DNA of 64,000 nt from Thermoproteota archaeon (GTDB lineage: Archaea; Thermoproteota; Thermoprotei_A; Sulfolobales; Ignisphaeraceae), in contig JAUQPB010000004.1 of NCBI GenBank assembly GCA_030550585.1, forward strand, positions 1 to 64,000, read 5' to 3'. The notes beneath the pieces are model-generated. The model worked only from the letters and a program-made list of their open reading frames with translations. It was not told the origin of the DNA and searched no databases. A program made the position numbers and the translations under genes. How positions within the stretch are numbered: the stretch's first letter is position 1; each line of letters begins with the position of its first letter. Shown in pieces: positions 1 to 9,416 of this stretch.

Positions 1-112
1 ATGTTGTGGTTTCTACATAGTTTGTTTAATAATTTGGTTTTCTTTGGTGCTGTTCTGTGATGTTGATTAAGGATAACTGGTTTTGTCATCTTTTTCGCAA
101 TTCTGTCTTTGG

Positions 113-1324
113 CTAGGTTTGGTGGTGGGCACTCTTGGGTTTGTTTATGTATTTAGATAGTTGTTCTATGTATTTGAAGCCGTGGTCTGGGAATATCAGG
201 ATGTGGTCTCCTTCGTCTAGCTCCCCTTTTTCTACGAGTTTTCTGTATGCCATGTACACTGCTCCGCTGCTCAGCCCTATCAATATGCCATCTCTTCTAG
301 CAACCTCTATAACGCCTTCGGCAGCCTCATCGGGTGTAACATCCATTACACCGTCTATCTCTACGTGGTGTATCCACTTCATGCCGCTTTCGATTCTTCT
401 GATTCCTTGGATTGTTGTTCCCTGTGCAGGTACAACTCCGTAGATTTTGATTTCTCTGAATCTGTTCTTGAAGTATAGGGCTATAGCTGACATGTGTCCT
501 GATGTACCCAAACCCCCTATTATGGCCTTGGGCTTTATCCCAGCTTCTCTTATCTGGAGTTCGAGTTCTTTAGCTGTGTATCTGAGGTGCACCTCGAAGT
601 TTGCATCGTTGTAGAACTGGTTTAGGTGTATAGCGCCCTCGGTCTTTGCAATAGCCTCGACCTCATCTATGAGGTCTACTGTCAATGGCTTTGGGGATCT
701 GACAACCTCTGCACCGAAGATTTTTAGGAGGAGTTCTCCCGTTAGAGAAACTGTTGACGGTATGTATGCTCTGAGCTTGGAGTTGTGGATGTTGCACATA
801 GCGGCTATGGCAAGCCCTGTATTCGTCGATGTGGATTCGACCAAAAGGCCTAGCTGAAAGCTGCCAAGCTTTTCAGCAGCCTTTCTATACATATACCAGC
901 CAATCCTATCCTTAACACTCATACTCCAAGGGTTGAAGCCCTCTAGCTTAGCCCACACAATCCTGCCAGCAACAGAAGACCTTGGCAACCTCACTAATGG
1001 TGTTGGCCAATTTCTGTAGAGAAGCTCTTCAGTATCTGCAAAAACTCTGTATCTACTCGGATTGATTTCGTCGAAAAAGCCCAGTTTTTCAAGAGGGACA
1101 AAAGTGTTTTCTGCAAAGCCGCGTGATACAGGTATGTATCTAACCCCCAGCTTCTTTAGAGCAATGCACAGCTTAGCATTTTCAACAGCCCTCTCACTAT
1201 TAACCTCGACAGCCACTGTCTTGTCGACACCACCTCTTCTAAGAATCTCGCTTACAATAGCTATAAACTCTTCGAGTTCTAATCTATCATCACAAACTAC
1301 TTTATCGACATCTTCTAAATACAC
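113..1324 (-). CDS. cysO: PLP-dependent cysteine synthase, archaeal O-phosphoserine sulfhydrylase type
   Basis: PTPLVRL, KLEGFNPWSMSVKDR (PLP Lys), NQFYNDANF, GLGTSGHM, IQGIRR, FPDHGFKY; ~100-aa N-terminal extension as in Aeropyrum OPSS. Confidence 0.85.
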   Translation of the reverse strand: MYLEDVDKVVCDDRLELEEFIAIVSEILRRGGVDKTVAVEVNSERAVENAKLCIALKKLGVRYIPVSRGFAENTFVPLEKLGFFDEINPSRYRVFADTEELLYRNWPTPLVRLPRSSVAGRIVWAKLEGFNPWSMSVKDRIGWYMYRKAAEKLGSFQLGLLVESTSTNTGLAIAAMCNIHNSKLRAYIPSTVSLTGELLLKIFGAEVVRSPKPLTVDLIDEVEAIAKTEGAIHLNQFYNDANFEVHLRYTAKELELQIREAGIKPKAIIGGLGTSGHMSAIALYFKNRFREIKIYGVVPAQGTTIQGIRRIESGMKWIHHVEIDGVMDVTPDEAAEGVIEVARRDGILIGLSSGAVYMAYRKLVEKGELDEGDHILIFPDHGFKYIEQLSKYINKPKSAHHQT

Positions 1325-1539
1325 AAACTTTGATCACCAATAACACTGTTAATGGATCAGGGATAAAAGCTTTTTGGCTTAAACATTGAGACACGAATTG
1401 TGTGGTCGCAACACATGCAAACGTGGTATTCTATTTTAAAACTATATATTGCTAAGGTGTTCTGTAGCTTGGCAAATGACTAAATATAGTCGGCAATGTC
1501 TTCACATAGACAAACTTTATATTCCTATTTTGTATAAAT

Positions 1540-2076
1540 ATGTTATTGGTGTTTAGATTGAGTAGCAGAATACCCTTGCCATATAGCCCAAAAGTGCTAG
1601 AAATATTCAGAAATCCGAGAAATCTTGGGCCACTAGAAGATGCTAATGTTGTTGAAATGGCTGGTAGCCCTGCATGCGGAGATATGATAAGGCTCTATCT
1701 AAAAATTGTTCATAGAGATGATGGTGACTATATCGAGAAGGCTTCTTTTGAAAGCTATGGGTGTGCAGCAAACATTGCTGCTGCAAGTATTTTAACTGAT
1801 ATGATTATAGGTAAGAAGGTTGAGGATGCCTGGAAAATATCGTGGAAACAGATATCAGATGAGCTTGGAGGTCTCCCACCAATAAAATACCACTGTAGCA
1901 TTCTTGCTGTAGGAGCTTTGAAGAGGGGTATAAGGGCTTATTATAAGCAGATTGGCTATAACCCGCCGTGGCTTCCAAAGGATTTGACTGTTGAGGAGAG
2001 GCAGGTTCTCGAGGAAGAGGAGATGATGGAGAGGTACTATAAAGCAATGAAAGCTCTGGGTGGTGGAAGCCGATGA
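1540..2076 (+). CDS. iscU: Fe-S cluster scaffold IscU/NifU-like
   Basis: YSPKVLEIFRNPRNLG, GSPACGD, YGCAANIA, LPPIKYHCS; true start may be TTG 1558. Confidence 0.92.
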   Translation: MLLVFRLSSRIPLPYSPKVLEIFRNPRNLGPLEDANVVEMAGSPACGDMIRLYLKIVHRDDGDYIEKASFESYGCAANIAAASILTDMIIGKKVEDAWKISWKQISDELGGLPPIKYHCSILAVGALKRGIRAYYKQIGYNPPWLPKDLTVEERQVLEEEEMMERYYKAMKALGGGSR

Positions 2077-2321
2077 GAGAAATCGACTTGAGATATGTTC
2101 CAGCGTCATGCACATCACACCCAGTTATAGTCCTAGCCAATACCCTCAAGGATCTGGAGAGAGAAGGGGTTGAGAAATTCAAGCTCATTTTCAATGTTGA
2201 TGACATTCCCGTTAACGCCATAAAGTTCTTTCTATCTAAACATGGTTATTGTGTCGAGGAGGAGAGGCCTTTAGACAATAAATCAATGTCTGTTCTAGCC
2301 AGTAGATGTGGGAAGGGATGA
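2073..2321 (+). CDS. TusA/SirA-like sulfur carrier (atypical Cys motif)
   Basis: 82 aa, MREIDLRYVPASCTSHPV, DDIP; ATGA overlaps with iscU and iscS. Confidence 0.6.
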   Translation: MREIDLRYVPASCTSHPVIVLANTLKDLEREGVEKFKLIFNVDDIPVNAIKFFLSKHGYCVEEERPLDNKSMSVLASRCGKG

Positions 2322-3547
2322 TGTCTATAGCTCAAAAAGTTAGAGAGCTTTTGAAGTCCCATGGAACCCCCTCTAAAGAAGTCTACTTTGATTTAGAGAA
2401 CAGTGGTTTTGTTCCACAAGAAGTTGTTGAGGCTATGATGCCATACTTTAATAGAATTGGCTATGGACATCCATCAATAACGCATAAACCTGGTTGGGAA
2501 GCGCTTGAGGTTGTGTATGAAACTAAAGAGTTATTGGGCAAGACTATAGGTGCTTCAGACCCAGATGAAATAGTGTTTACACATAGTGGCACAGAGGCAA
2601 ATAACTTAGCCATACTGGGCTATCTTCTGAAGAATAGGGGTAGAAAAGGCAAGGTTGTTGTATCTTCAATCGAGCATCTAAGCGTTATATTTCCAGCTCA
2701 ATTCGCTTCAGAGCTATTTGGATTCAAAACAGTTTTGGTGCCTGTAGACAGCGAGGGCTTTGTTGATCCAGAGCTATTCAAATTGTATGTAGATAAGGAG
2801 ACTGTTTTTGTCAGTATTCAAATGGTTAACCATGAAATTGGGACTATACAAAAACTGAAAGAGTTGATCGATATAGCAAAAAGCGCTAACCCCGATATAG
2901 TTTTCCACACAGATGCTGTTGATGCCTATGGGTGGATACCAATAGATGTTAAGAAACTTGGAGTTGATATGCTTACAATCAGTAGCCACAAGATTCATGG
3001 ACCTAGAGGAGTAGGAGCATTGTACATTAGAAAAGGTGTAGAGGTTGAGCCCCCGATAAAAGGGCAACTAAGTGTTGAGAAGAACTGGCCCGGCGTTGAA
3101 AATGTTCCACTTATAGCAGGTTTTAAGAAAGCCATTGAGATAATGTTTAGCAACTTCGATTACAGAGTTGAATATGTTAGAAAACTTAGAGACAAACTTA
3201 TAAAGGGGATAACATCTTCAGTACCACACACAATAATCAATGGGCCTCTAAACGAATACAGAGTTGCAAATAATGTCAATGTAAGCTTTTTATTCATAGA
3301 GGGAGAGGCTCTAACAGTTGAGCTAAGTCTACATGGAGTCTATGTATCTAGTGGAAGTGCGTGTTCAAGTAGGGTTTTAGAGCCAAGCCATGTTCTATTG
3401 GCTATTGGGAGAAAACATGAGGAGGCGCATGGGAGTATACTATTCAAGTTATCTCATTACCACAGAGAAGAGGATATCGATTACGCATTAGAGGTTATAC
3501 CAAAAGCTGTTGAGAGGCTTAGGAAAATAAGTGCATGGAAACAGTAA
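2318..3547 (+). CDS. iscS: Cysteine desulfurase, class I (IscS/NifS)
   Basis: FTHSGTEANNLA, SSIEH, NHEIGTIQ, SSHKIHGPRG (PLP Lys), SSGSACSS (catalytic Cys). Confidence 0.93.
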   Translation: MMSIAQKVRELLKSHGTPSKEVYFDLENSGFVPQEVVEAMMPYFNRIGYGHPSITHKPGWEALEVVYETKELLGKTIGASDPDEIVFTHSGTEANNLAILGYLLKNRGRKGKVVVSSIEHLSVIFPAQFASELFGFKTVLVPVDSEGFVDPELFKLYVDKETVFVSIQMVNHEIGTIQKLKELIDIAKSANPDIVFHTDAVDAYGWIPIDVKKLGVDMLTISSHKIHGPRGVGALYIRKGVEVEPPIKGQLSVEKNWPGVENVPLIAGFKKAIEIMFSNFDYRVEYVRKLRDKLIKGITSSVPHTIINGPLNEYRVANNVNVSFLFIEGEALTVELSLHGVYVSSGSACSSRVLEPSHVLLAIGRKHEEAHGSILFKLSHYHREEDIDYALEVIPKAVERLRKISAWKQ

Positions 3548-3553
3548 AGCGAG

Positions 3554-3904
3554 TTGATGAAAATGATCAAAAAGTCTTTTTGTGAAGAATTCATAAAGAG
3601 ATACTCAACAACTCTAAGAATTGCAATAGCCCTGAACCTTGTCAAAAAATACAATATGTCCCAATTTCAGGCATCAAAAATAACTGGGATTCCACAACCG
3701 CTTCTCAACTACATCATAAATGGAAAGAGGAGGATACCAAGACTAGAAAAAATATTGAAAAACGCGCAAATGTCTTCGCTAGTAGACGAGTTTTCAACTA
3801 GGCTCATTAAAGGAGAGAATCTGGACATGTGTAACATATGCATAAGAGTAAGGGATGTGCTGGGAATCTCACATCCAATAACAGAAAAATCCGAAACCAG
3901 TTAA
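3554..3904 (+). CDS. XRE-like HTH transcriptional regulator with C-terminal CxxC
   Basis: MSQFQASKITGIPQPLLNYIINGKRR HTH; CNIC near C-terminus. Confidence 0.75.
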   Translation: MMKMIKKSFCEEFIKRYSTTLRIAIALNLVKKYNMSQFQASKITGIPQPLLNYIINGKRRIPRLEKILKNAQMSSLVDEFSTRLIKGENLDMCNICIRVRDVLGISHPITEKSETS

Positions 3905-4204
3905 ATTTGCAAAATTCTATCTGCTTTTCACGAATTTGGATGATCTCTGGCTTCAAATCTTTTTCATATAGTGTCTTCATGATTTCGTTTAAATCTAAAT
4001 CTCTGAGGCATTACGGTTCATAGTCATTTGATTTTATCTCAACAAAGTTATTATTTATGAAAGCCTTGAGTTTTGCTATGCCTCTTCCACCCTTAACAAC
4101 CTTCCTACCCAAAGCTCCCTGATGTCAACCTCATATCCAAGCTCCTTCAGAATTTTAGCAAATACATTCTCACTCATTGCCTTCACGAGCTTTAACAAAA
4201 CCAT
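3905..4204 (-). pseudogene. Possible degraded gene remnant (PD-(D/E)xK nuclease-like)
   Basis: MVLLKLVKAMSENVFAKILKELGYEVDIR.. then, after a frameshift, ..GRGIAKLKAFINNNFVEIKSNDYEP*CLRDLDLNEIMKTLYEK.. Confidence 0.3.
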
Positions 4205-4346
4205 AAAACACATAGATTTGAATCACCAACGTTTTGAAACTTCTTGTCAGCATGTAAACACTAAATATAAATACAAGCTTGAGGTTAGCTTAATATAATT
4301 AATAATAAATAGAAGGTGATTTCATTCTGAATGAGGTGACTTTGAT

Positions 4347-4808
4347 ATGAGGATTATCATATTTAGGCATGGTGAAGCAGAAGAAAAAAGGCCTGGTATA
4401 AGCGATGAAGAGAGGAGACTTACGGAAAAAGGTAGGAAAGATGTTGAGTGTGTGGCTAAGGTATTGCCATGGAAACCTTCAATAATATTTACATCGCCTT
4501 TGATAAGAGCCGTTGAAACAGCTAAGATTGTGGCTAATATCCATGGATTAGAAGTTGTTGTTGATGATGCGCTTAGACCAGAGAAAACATCTCTTGAAGG
4601 TGTTAAAGAGCTTCAGCTAGTTGATGGAGCTGTACTTGTTGGTCATGCACCAAGCATAGAAAAACTTGTAAGCGAGTTAATTGGAGGAGGAAGCATAAAG
4701 CTTAGAGCAGGCTCTGCAACAGGGCTTGAGATAAAAGGTGTTTGTAGAGGGTGTGCAACATTGATATTTCTCATAACACCTGATATATGTAGCCAGGCAT
4801 TGACATGA
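4347..4808 (+). CDS. sixA: Phosphohistidine phosphatase SixA family
   Basis: FRHGEAE, RRLTEKG, TSPLIRAVETA, LVGHAP. Confidence 0.88.
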   Translation: MRIIIFRHGEAEEKRPGISDEERRLTEKGRKDVECVAKVLPWKPSIIFTSPLIRAVETAKIVANIHGLEVVVDDALRPEKTSLEGVKELQLVDGAVLVGHAPSIEKLVSELIGGGSIKLRAGSATGLEIKGVCRGCATLIFLITPDICSQALT

Positions 4809-4875
4809 AATCGCTTTTCAGTAACGTAGCTAATTCTCTTATGGCCAGCTCTTTGCCTAGACTAAAAATATATTT

Positions 4876-5805
4876 CTAGATATGTTTTTCGATAATGTTT
4901 TCAACGTATTTCAATATAATATCGTTGTCTAGCATGCCAAGAATCTTTATGTGTATTGGGATATCTATCTTGGCTCCAGCAGCTGTTTTGTGGCCTCCGC
5001 CGCCGAGAGCAACAGCTATTTTTCTGACGTCGAAGCCTCTGCTCCTCAAGCTTATCTTACCACTTCTATCAACAACTATGGCTATGTCAGCACCTGCAAT
5101 ACTCATAACTCTTGAGGCTAGGATGCTGTTCTCAACCTTCTGGCTTTTGAGGGTGATGGCGACCCTGACCCCATTTTTCTCGAGTATTCTCGTCAAAGGT
5201 TTTTTGCTAAGCTCTTCAACCTCTTCTTCGAAACGCTTAACCACCTTATCCTCGAGCTCCTCTGTCCATATAACCCCTCTCGAAAGTGTTTCATATATAT
5301 GCAGCCTCCACTCATCCGTGTCCCCCCTCCTGATCAGCCTCATGAAAAATGGTGATAGTCTGTGGTCAAATCTCCAGAGGTCGGCTCCGCAAACAGCGTC
5401 TACAAGCTCTTTGACGAATGCCTGGTCTACTGGTCTAGTTGGTGTAACATATTTTGCGACAACACCCGTTGCACAAGTTGACCTGTCTATGAATAGCTTT
5501 GCACCGGTACCCACAACCCTTTTGATCCAATCATCTTCCCACACATGGTGGTCAAACCAAGTGATTTCAGCGCCTTTGCCGCGTAGAAGCTCGACAACAC
5601 CGGCGGCAAAATCTATGGTATCGGCATTTAAGCCGAGATCAAATATTGCTACATGCTTTGGCCTCTTCTTGTAGACTCTATACAAAGCTTTTTTGAGGTT
5701 ATACGGCTCTACAAAAACAACTTTGTGGTTGTCGCCAACAAGATATGTGTAGAGAGCTGCTGCCGCCACGCCATCGGCATCAGTATGGGTTATTAGATAG
5801 CTCAA
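4876..5805 (-). CDS. DHH/DHHA1 family phosphoesterase
   Basis: THTDADG, FDLG, FDHH, SLRS, GGGGHKTAAG. Confidence 0.9.
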   Translation of the reverse strand: MSYLITHTDADGVAAAALYTYLVGDNHKVVFVEPYNLKKALYRVYKKRPKHVAIFDLGLNADTIDFAAGVVELLRGKGAEITWFDHHVWEDDWIKRVVGTGAKLFIDRSTCATGVVAKYVTPTRPVDQAFVKELVDAVCGADLWRFDHRLSPFFMRLIRRGDTDEWRLHIYETLSRGVIWTEELEDKVVKRFEEEVEELSKKPLTRILEKNGVRVAITLKSQKVENSILASRVMSIAGADIAIVVDRSGKISLRSRGFDVRKIAVALGGGGHKTAAGAKIDIPIHIKILGMLDNDIILKYVENIIEKHI

Positions 5806-5923
5806 ATCCTGGACCCTCCAAAAGATCCGAATTTGCTTGCCAGCTGATATTGTTTTGCTTTGTGAAAAGTATAGGTGGTAAAAAAGCTTGGTGTTTTGAA
5901 CAGATTCGGAAGGCTCTTGTAGT

Positions 5924-6928
5924 CTACTGGGTGTCGAGTACGAGCTGGCCCAACGGACTTCTATACTTAAGTTCTTTTAGAGCCTCATTAGCTTCTCTAA
6001 GTCTATAGAGCTTCACACTAGGTTTTACACCATATTTCGAAGCTATTTGAAGAGCCTCTCTAACATCTCTTCTAGTCACATTTGCAACGCTCTTCACCTC
6101 TCTCTCATGCCACAGCAAACTATATGGAAGCTTCTCAATGTCGCTCATATATATCTCAGCCAAAACAACTCTGCCACCCTTATCCACCTTTTTCAAAGCC
6201 TCTATGAACACCGATGAGACTGGTGCATAGACAATAGCTGCGTCAAGCGGCTTTGGAGGGCTCTCCTCTGTTTTCCCTGCCCAGTCAGCACCGTTTTCCA
6301 CAGCTTTGGATATTTTCCATGGGGAGCTTGTAAACACATATACTGTTAGACCTATCTTCTTAGCCATTTGGAGGACAAGGTGAGCGGCAGCGCCATAGCC
6401 GAAGAGGCCCAGAACACCATCTCCACGATCCAGAAGACCTGTGAGCTTCAAGGATCTATACCCGATAGACCCTGCACACATAAGTGGTGCAACATACTCA
6501 TCCTCTAAACCACTTGGTATAATATGCACAAAATCTGCTGGTGCAACCATATACTCTGCATACCCTCCATCAACACTGTAGCCGGTAAATAATGCATTGT
6601 CGCAGAGGTTCTCCAAACCTCTTCTACAATACTTGCAAACGCCACATGCCCTATAAAGCCATGGAACGCCAACCCTATCACCTTTCGAGACGTTGGAAAC
6701 CCTCTCACCAACCTCAACAACATATCCAACAACTTGGTGGCCTGGTATAACGGGGAGCTTCTTAGGGGGTAGTTCACCCTCGACAATATGGAGATCAGTT
6801 CTACAAACACCGCATTTGGAAATCTTGATCAGCACCTCATCTTCTCTAGGCTTTGGGATCTCAACATCTGTATACACAAGAGGGTTTTCGTCTACGGGCC
6901 CCGGCCTATAGAGCACCATTGCCTTCAT
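5924..6928 (-). CDS. Zinc-dependent alcohol dehydrogenase family
   Basis: GVCRTDLH, PGHQ, CGVCKYCRRGLENLC, GLFGYG. Confidence 0.92.
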   Translation of the reverse strand: MKAMVLYRPGPVDENPLVYTDVEIPKPREDEVLIKISKCGVCRTDLHIVEGELPPKKLPVIPGHQVVGYVVEVGERVSNVSKGDRVGVPWLYRACGVCKYCRRGLENLCDNALFTGYSVDGGYAEYMVAPADFVHIIPSGLEDEYVAPLMCAGSIGYRSLKLTGLLDRGDGVLGLFGYGAAAHLVLQMAKKIGLTVYVFTSSPWKISKAVENGADWAGKTEESPPKPLDAAIVYAPVSSVFIEALKKVDKGGRVVLAEIYMSDIEKLPYSLLWHEREVKSVANVTRRDVREALQIASKYGVKPSVKLYRLREANEALKELKYRSPLGQLVLDTQ

Positions 6929-6949
6929 AAAACAAGGCCCATAGCAACT

Positions 6950-7555
6950 CTAGCTTCTAGGGCTAAAAAATGTTCTACTAATAGCATCTGCCATAGCTTC
7001 TAAATCGTTGATGGAAGCCCCGCTTTTCCTGGCAGCATCTAAAAGCCTTTTGTCTGATCTGTATACATTGCATAGACTAGCAATGTATTTAACGTCTTTC
7101 AGTCTAATCGGCTCTACATCGAATATGTGCACCTCTCTACAATAGCTCTTAACAGAGCCAAGCTCATATCTTTCAAACTCACCCCACACATCTCTGGCGA
7201 ATATTGCAACTGGTGTTGGGCTCCAAACAGTATTTGGTATTGCAAGCCCCCTTCTCTTAAAGATTCTAACAAGAAGATCTGTATACACCTTCTCAGAGTT
7301 TTCACATTTAGCTATAAACGCTTTTAGTTTGTTCCCCACCCCCAGCAACAGTATATCCCCACCCCTCCTCTCAACAACCATGGCGAAAGCCCTTGCAGTA
7401 TTGACATCATCGAATAAAACAATTCTGTTTGCCATTATAAACCCTCTGAATCTCTTCGAAGCGTAGAACTCTACCCACCTATAGAGCCTGCCAACAACAA
7501 TAGCTATAGCCTTAAATTTAGAGAAGATGCTTTCAGATGCGTCAACAGTCATCAT
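6950..7555 (-). CDS. Hypothetical protein
   Basis: 201-aa ORF co-oriented with neighbours; 5' end overlaps a C/D sRNA. Confidence 0.6.
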   Translation of the reverse strand: MMTVDASESIFSKFKAIAIVVGRLYRWVEFYASKRFRGFIMANRIVLFDDVNTARAFAMVVERRGGDILLLGVGNKLKAFIAKCENSEKVYTDLLVRIFKRRGLAIPNTVWSPTPVAIFARDVWGEFERYELGSVKSYCREVHIFDVEPIRLKDVKYIASLCNVYRSDKRLLDAARKSGASINDLEAMADAISRTFFSPRS

Positions 7556-7583
7556 GCATCAGCTCGTGGAATAGTCATCACAG
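7531..7583 (-). ncRNA. Box C/D guide sRNA
   Basis: Minus strand: GTGATGA (C) CTATTCCACGAG CTGA (D') TGC ATGATGA (C') CTGTTGACGCAT CTGA (D); all four boxes consensus, two 12-nt guides. Confidence 0.88.
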
Positions 7584-7612
7584 CTTGGTTGTGGAAGAGA
7601 AATAAAAACTGT

Positions 7613-8128
7613 TTACGGTTGTACATGTGTTTTCTTATCAATTATATCCTTCATCCATTTAGGAATTGAAAAATTGTCGATGTGTTTGTCGGGGGTATAC
7701 GGCTTTATGTCTATAACTGGAGTCTCGTTATAAAGATCTATCCCTTCCACAAATATCTTATTCCCATCGATTCTAACAAGCCTCGGAATCGAAATGGCTA
7801 TTGGATTGGGTCTATGCGGAGAATTCGATGCGAATACACCAACAGTTGGCAGGTTGTCTAGAGGCACACCAAATCTTCTTGCAAACCCTCTTTGCTTAAC
7901 CATCAACACCCTTCTTTGATCCTCTCCAACCTTGTGGAGATACGCCACCACTATGATATGCGAGTATTCATCTAGGCCTCTCAGCCCATCTACATAATCT
8001 GGAAGAATCTCTATAACGGCATCCACACCCTTCTCGGACTTCGAAACAAGTTCATCTGGATAACCATGCCTTACAACGCCAATAGGCTTTAAGATAATTG
8101 TGTATTCAGCCAGCCATCCTACGGTCAT
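7613..8128 (-). CDS. trmO: tRNA m6t6A37 methyltransferase TrmO (TsaA) family
   Basis: LKPIGVV, GLRGLDEYSH, GVFASNSPHRPNPI, TPVIDIKPY. Confidence 0.9.
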   Translation of the reverse strand: MTVGWLAEYTIILKPIGVVRHGYPDELVSKSEKGVDAVIEILPDYVDGLRGLDEYSHIIVVAYLHKVGEDQRRVLMVKQRGFARRFGVPLDNLPTVGVFASNSPHRPNPIAISIPRLVRIDGNKIFVEGIDLYNETPVIDIKPYTPDKHIDNFSIPKWMKDIIDKKTHVQP

Positions 8129-8159
8129 TCTATCCGCCAGCTCACCTGTCTCATCATCA
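8104..8159 (-). ncRNA. Box C/D guide sRNA, probable 23S rRNA GTPase-centre targets
   Basis: Minus strand: ATGATGA (C) GACAGGTGAGCTGG CGGA (D') ..ATGACC (C'-like) GTAGGATGGCTGG CTGA (D); guides complementary to CAGCUCACC and CAGCCAUCCU, conserved 23S H43-H44 sequences. Confidence 0.8.
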
Positions 8160-8168
8160 AAAATTTTG

Positions 8169-9344
8169 TTAAGCTTCTTGAAGTTCTGTATATGTGAGTG
8201 TCTTTAGAAACGCTATTCTCTTGTATATCGGTGGGTGGGTTGCCAAAATCTCTTCTAGTCCCATGAAAGGCTCTGCAAATGCATATATGAATAGGGCTTT
8301 GATCTTGCTGCCCTCAAGTCTTGTAAAAGCCCTTTTATTCACGCTATAGTATCTATCTAGAGATTGTAGTGCTGAGATCATGGCGTTTGGAGATGTCACC
8401 TTAGCTCCATGGGCATCCGCATAGTATTCTCTCATTCTTGACAGCGCCAACACAACAATTTGTATAATGACGCTGACAACAATAAGTAGTATACCTATCA
8501 AGACCAGTAGAAGCCCCCCTGACTGGCCCCTCCTATCATCTGAGTCGCCATCTCTATACATACCCGCTGTCATACCTGCGAACATCAGGAATCTGCCGAG
8601 GAAGTATATAAACGATGGGAACATTCCAAATATCAGCATAATGCTGTTATCTCTGTGCTTGTGGTGCCCAAGCTCATGCCCAATAACAGCCTCTAGCTCA
8701 TCAGGACTTCTAATAGTGTTTAGAAGCCCTCTTGTAACCGCTACATACCTGCCCATCAACGGGGATGAATATGCAAATGCGTTTGGAATGGCTATGTCGG
8801 CAACCATAGCCTTTGGAGGGTCTATGCCAGCCCTCATAGCAACTCTGTCAACAATTTTTTGGAGCTCGGGATCGTGTTTACAGCCATAGGAAATATTTAT
8901 CAGTGCTGGTGATATGAGCCACGATATAAAGGATGGTATGATGGCGAAGGCCAGGGCGAAAGAGGCTATAGCTAGCGTTGCTTGATATCCAATCAGATAT
9001 GCTATAGCTGTTACAACAAGTATTGTAGCCGCTATAACACCTGCTGATGTTGCTAGCATAGAGCTTTTGAGGTGCTCTAACCCAGCAGGAATCCTGTTCC
9101 TAACCATTCTCTCAAGAGATGCCCCAGCCAAGATTAGAGCGGCTATCGAGACTATATATGCTAGGAGATCTACTAAAAGCCAGCTCCAGTAGAATGGTGG
9201 GAGCCCGTAGAGGGGTACCGCAGATGGATACACAATAGATATTATGATGCCTATAAGAGATATGACTAGTAGCATAACTGCGATAACGCTTATAACATAC
9301 AGTACCTTGCCTTTCAAGGCCATGCCAACCACCTTCATATACAC
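8169..9344 (-). CDS. htpX: Zinc metalloprotease HtpX (M48) with extra N-terminal TM segments
   Basis: PNAFA, HELGH, SRMREYYADAHG, ATHPPIYKRI. Confidence 0.9.
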   Translation of the reverse strand: MYMKVVGMALKGKVLYVISVIAVMLLVISLIGIIISIVYPSAVPLYGLPPFYWSWLLVDLLAYIVSIAALILAGASLERMVRNRIPAGLEHLKSSMLATSAGVIAATILVVTAIAYLIGYQATLAIASFALAFAIIPSFISWLISPALINISYGCKHDPELQKIVDRVAMRAGIDPPKAMVADIAIPNAFAYSSPLMGRYVAVTRGLLNTIRSPDELEAVIGHELGHHKHRDNSIMLIFGMFPSFIYFLGRFLMFAGMTAGMYRDGDSDDRRGQSGGLLLVLIGILLIVVSVIIQIVVLALSRMREYYADAHGAKVTSPNAMISALQSLDRYYSVNKRAFTRLEGSKIKALFIYAFAEPFMGLEEILATHPPIYKRIAFLKTLTYTELQEA

Positions 9345-9416
9345 TAGATTCTAGGGTATTTAGATAGCGACTTTATTAAGTTTACCATATCTTATTGTAT
9401 ACAGTGTTTTATAGAG

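Noticed and set aside
4895-5674. 259-aa plus-strand ORF and many similar 60-200 aa antisense ORFs (e.g. 11330-11950, 24488-25015, 51369-51998)
   Set aside because: They lie opposite well-supported genes, are Ser/Leu/Thr-rich shadow translations and show no motifs.
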